In this document: positions 63,201 through 64,000 of the stretch, one piece after another
Position numbering within the stretch: position 1 is the first letter of the stretch
Layout: every line of letters begins with the position of its first letter
NCBI GenBank assembly: GCA_008369845.1
Contig: MRSU01005687.1
Location: 1 to 64,000, forward strand
Reading direction: 5' to 3'
DNA length: 64,000 bases
Source of the DNA: Trichomonas gallinae
Lineage: Eukaryota
The notes under the pieces: generated by a model
The model's database searches: none
What the model was told of the DNA's origin: nothing
What the model saw: the letters and a program-made list of their open reading frames with translations, nothing else
Program-made: the position numbers and the translations under genes

Positions 63201-64000
63201 TAGAATCTGCAGCAATTGATCTTGCATTTAGTGAATCCACATACATTTTCGAAGAGAGCAAAGATTTACAACCAACACTTTGCTCTCTTGAAGACTGCAC
63301 ACACGAATTCAATGCAGCTAAGATTGGCCTTGATAAATTCAATAGCGAACACATTTCCATTGTTCCAAGTGAACAAGAAATAGACTTTGATGTTTCATCA
63401 CGCGATGCTAATTTCGACCAAACAGAACGCAAATACATCAATCTTTCTATCACATCCAATGAAAGTGTTGATATTTTCTCACCAATCAAATCTCTTTCTA
63501 ACTTCAACTCCGAATCAGAACACAAGGAAATCAAGCGCGAAATCATTTCAAATGAGTCAGTAGATGTTGAATTATCTCATGCGCCACTTGAAATCAGCGA
63601 ATCTATATTATCACATGACAGTGCAGCGATGGAGCATCAACTTTCAATCTTCAAAGAAGAATTAGTTGATTATCCATCATCTAGTGAATCATTTGAACTT
63701 AGTCGAATCCATTACTCTGTTCATCATCCTTCACCAATTGAAACCAATTTGTCCGAATTCACATCAGAACCAATTTCAGTTTCTCCAACAGAAGTCAAAC
63801 ATGATTCTAAACACAATGATCTTTCCATCAATGATGCTGATCACTTAATAATCGAAGGAAATACATTTGCTTCTACTTTATCAATCCAATCTTTGAGCCC
63901 AGTTTTCATCAAACCTGTTGCACCGGTATTGAATTTCTATACTAGCGATGCTGAATCTGTTAAATCAACAGTGCCATTATTTGCTCAAAGCAACTTTGAT
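57248..64000 (+). CDS. Giant (>2250 aa, 3'-incomplete) acidic Ser/Glu/Ile-rich protein with N-terminal hydrophobic anchor
   Basis: ATG at 57248 gives MYNFLFLLIPFLGYATLNATLALKRRKREN.... The same frame reads ...VKSTVPLFAQSNFD at the window end. No stop-terminated ORF is listed in this frame, consistent with it being open throughout. Confidence 0.85.
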   Translation, partial: MYNFLFLLIPFLGYATLNATLALKRRKRENGLSKRQFEEDSEGEFSIQNVDDEYDVSKISINKISYHDQDTILFPSETEVQIVVDQVNIERKTDDSLNSEDIYKEISTHVVPSVFSHALPLINIHFNKLIDQNSKESTEIIHTDAYIDFTKSIIEISDSETKNYPIIFGKSDQEIIENHQKSITKRLCLSDIQNEVTALPENDMNIESNDVFDRNVNHQYSTLTGNPMLGISGRSTYEKFEHLSTPKMNYADYRAIPIIERENLSTPGSNNYHAGSLYIEEDSVEIEEEIEEEYSEIQSELDETNVSNLDSIEPINTQPIQEKSEQSNEELAQDIENEAQITQSNENNQLTKFDIILINEFEQLYDSLQENTNEEQYSNPNIQLCSNTQNISIEPQNIEKQMELDDKQTQKDSNSEQENPEEESFGEISTRNAQFEQKTFEIDRNSVVEYEFESQQENAEEESFDGIIEERNVDFNIIPLQINNQSRHEVHIENEENLTLSSIEYQFINSQISRNFEVSTLDPINIYKENNIAELSLSLPRELNLPIIQEEKQANSTPIVESQNESVEIPQSIVSDSNEFESNYIDWPNQLESNGQFALQNNEIASIPESSLNIELSDLVSVLDIKAMPIPLENSEYLEFDFMHQIKLYQSNLQHEIHLPIGANQLNSLSFTDNENIFGNEAEELKQNPSLSLSSTEEVFNTFINDTATLNPLVFSQNESEKSPKQTSSLSLTNNEYIFSIYQMNQHNPLVISQIEQIFNNESKEIEKQLPTFSHSNNEEIFDNYSQIEQNNNNNKVDVLTTKQLPTLSYTNAEDIFDFNTSDKYSMIQHNPLAFSQIEQIFNIDKEEQIPKKSEFYTIPDIVLSKSETVQFNVDNKDEASTWSISLTEYFGFGATESVLSISNDTIYYDQSLEDEKKSKLESSKVVSSHIPSEEIHLATSNVLEKHQFIPSSALTRSQTTELFFFDSTMLPKYGFELQTFQDEQLDSSIPEFKLSNTQFHSPIFENPYTKNVYMQTYYLYISPDQEDFEENIYQNPETEEEKTVNQEHYQLIISDVSTIDRASVAQPVSLETSELIEGQSLDLDESKELEICDSAAFMISPDENHNEICSIPSSQFDIFYNQNLSIYNDFTSSIDIKSKPITLSKFTYQSISIESDNEAIVSDRSAFVDYDGEGRRDLSNYSSSPLSIAPESKPVLSSQSQPTLTVEPAEHNLEFYTGESELVDSAYPLFFMSNCSHFSLSTITQDLNIAKTPSITIHPSHSELEENVSFTLDIDHASIEEKSEDKIEKLVFTDYESMLEVTPSQTINFEEKSQKLEFNDYESVFEVSPSQTVTDAQTQSQVILPQTEIRSYSPDLSVSYIQEYSQCPEIELTSHNEVLSEINPITQSFSISEPGYRMITNPVTTEFEISQSDPLFVDNKVEQPSSRLHLDLVSSSSDYHFIESKPTLTYMKPSEQFYCIKDYPTLLLSIDELTSVDICEVLKDTSNDDINSDKSKEEHVLAMPEFTISSIIELLSIESHKIEEDLQNDENEVHSSDIRLPSLNLSTIYDILSIDSPTNDITLSFSTAEEFSINDQSSTLSLQQAADQFSVSPHKQLIPLDVSSINSHESIRELSLAMSPKNEIYDGDAGKKQSALSINNNQLFDVESVSSPKNLTTYSSGEGIYIPLQVATLSISGSEHQEITNVSAILNITACESTDIKHDPPTFTFSNAYQFFSSPSLSYKPEISISTDLSSEYESQMSPVQYCISSQDPIISVETKEHKLSSFTSESYKIPSTSPEFSYSQPSYLTISSAAASSPRSPSRSPVKRFTRSSKSEITHVYDDYIQISSSINLESKNDTVFDLESNNAMFEMSQLTHTQYPGIYDDYSPELTTEIIAEYEYSLTPAISYFKYGDVSVSPIITVLEFSTISHYESETTIDSTQHSDDEDAHNKLEFSELKTIFDEQRHQSELAVSESFAESTKNEEVHKESPQLSKSDFVLYSVESAAIDLAFSESTYIFEESKDLQPTLCSLEDCTHEFNAAKIGLDKFNSEHISIVPSEQEIDFDVSSRDANFDQTERKYINLSITSNESVDIFSPIKSLSNFNSESEHKEIKREIISNESVDVELSHAPLEISESILSHDSAAMEHQLSIFKEELVDYPSSSESFELSRIHYSVHHPSPIETNLSEFTSEPISVSPTEVKHDSKHNDLSINDADHLIIEGNTFASTLSIQSLSPVFIKPVAPVLNFYTSDAESVKSTVPLFAQSNFD

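Noticed and set aside
1..64000. Autonomous transposons (Maverick/Polinton, mariner, MULE)
   Set aside because: No transposase, integrase or polymerase ORF and no long terminal inverted repeats were recognised.

Overview
AT-rich, gene-dense eukaryotic DNA with the hallmarks of a trichomonad (Trichomonas vaginalis-like): mostly intronless genes, TCA(C/T)T initiator motifs near several ATGs, TAAA overlapping several stop codons and 25-26 nt GT..CTAAC..CAG introns. The organism is inferred, not database-checked. About 22 protein genes are supported: CC2D2A/MKS6-like, CysRS, a ubiquitin-like+P-loop protein, FAM227-like, two ankyrin proteins, coiled-coil proteins, HEAT/ARM proteins, PHD finger, Spt20-like, GH38 alpha-mannosidase, HID1-like, an alpha/beta-hydrolase, R2R3-Myb, CNOT1, a Rab and a >2250-aa ORF running off the window. 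There is also a tRNA-Ser(GCT). The main discovery is an ankyrin gene (31254-31987, minus strand) interrupted by five 17-18 nt non-GT-AG elements (ATTCAT...WAT). All five sit at the ankyrin beta-hairpin tip, and two pairs of them enclose 3-nt and 6-nt micro-exons. Removing exactly these elements restores exact 33-aa repeat periodicity, which suggests an undescribed micro-intron or recoding system. The ORF track also misses a two-intron pallidin/snapin-like gene, a candidate H/ACA snoRNA complementary to LSU rRNA helix 69, and promoter motif arrays spaced at ~20-21 bp.
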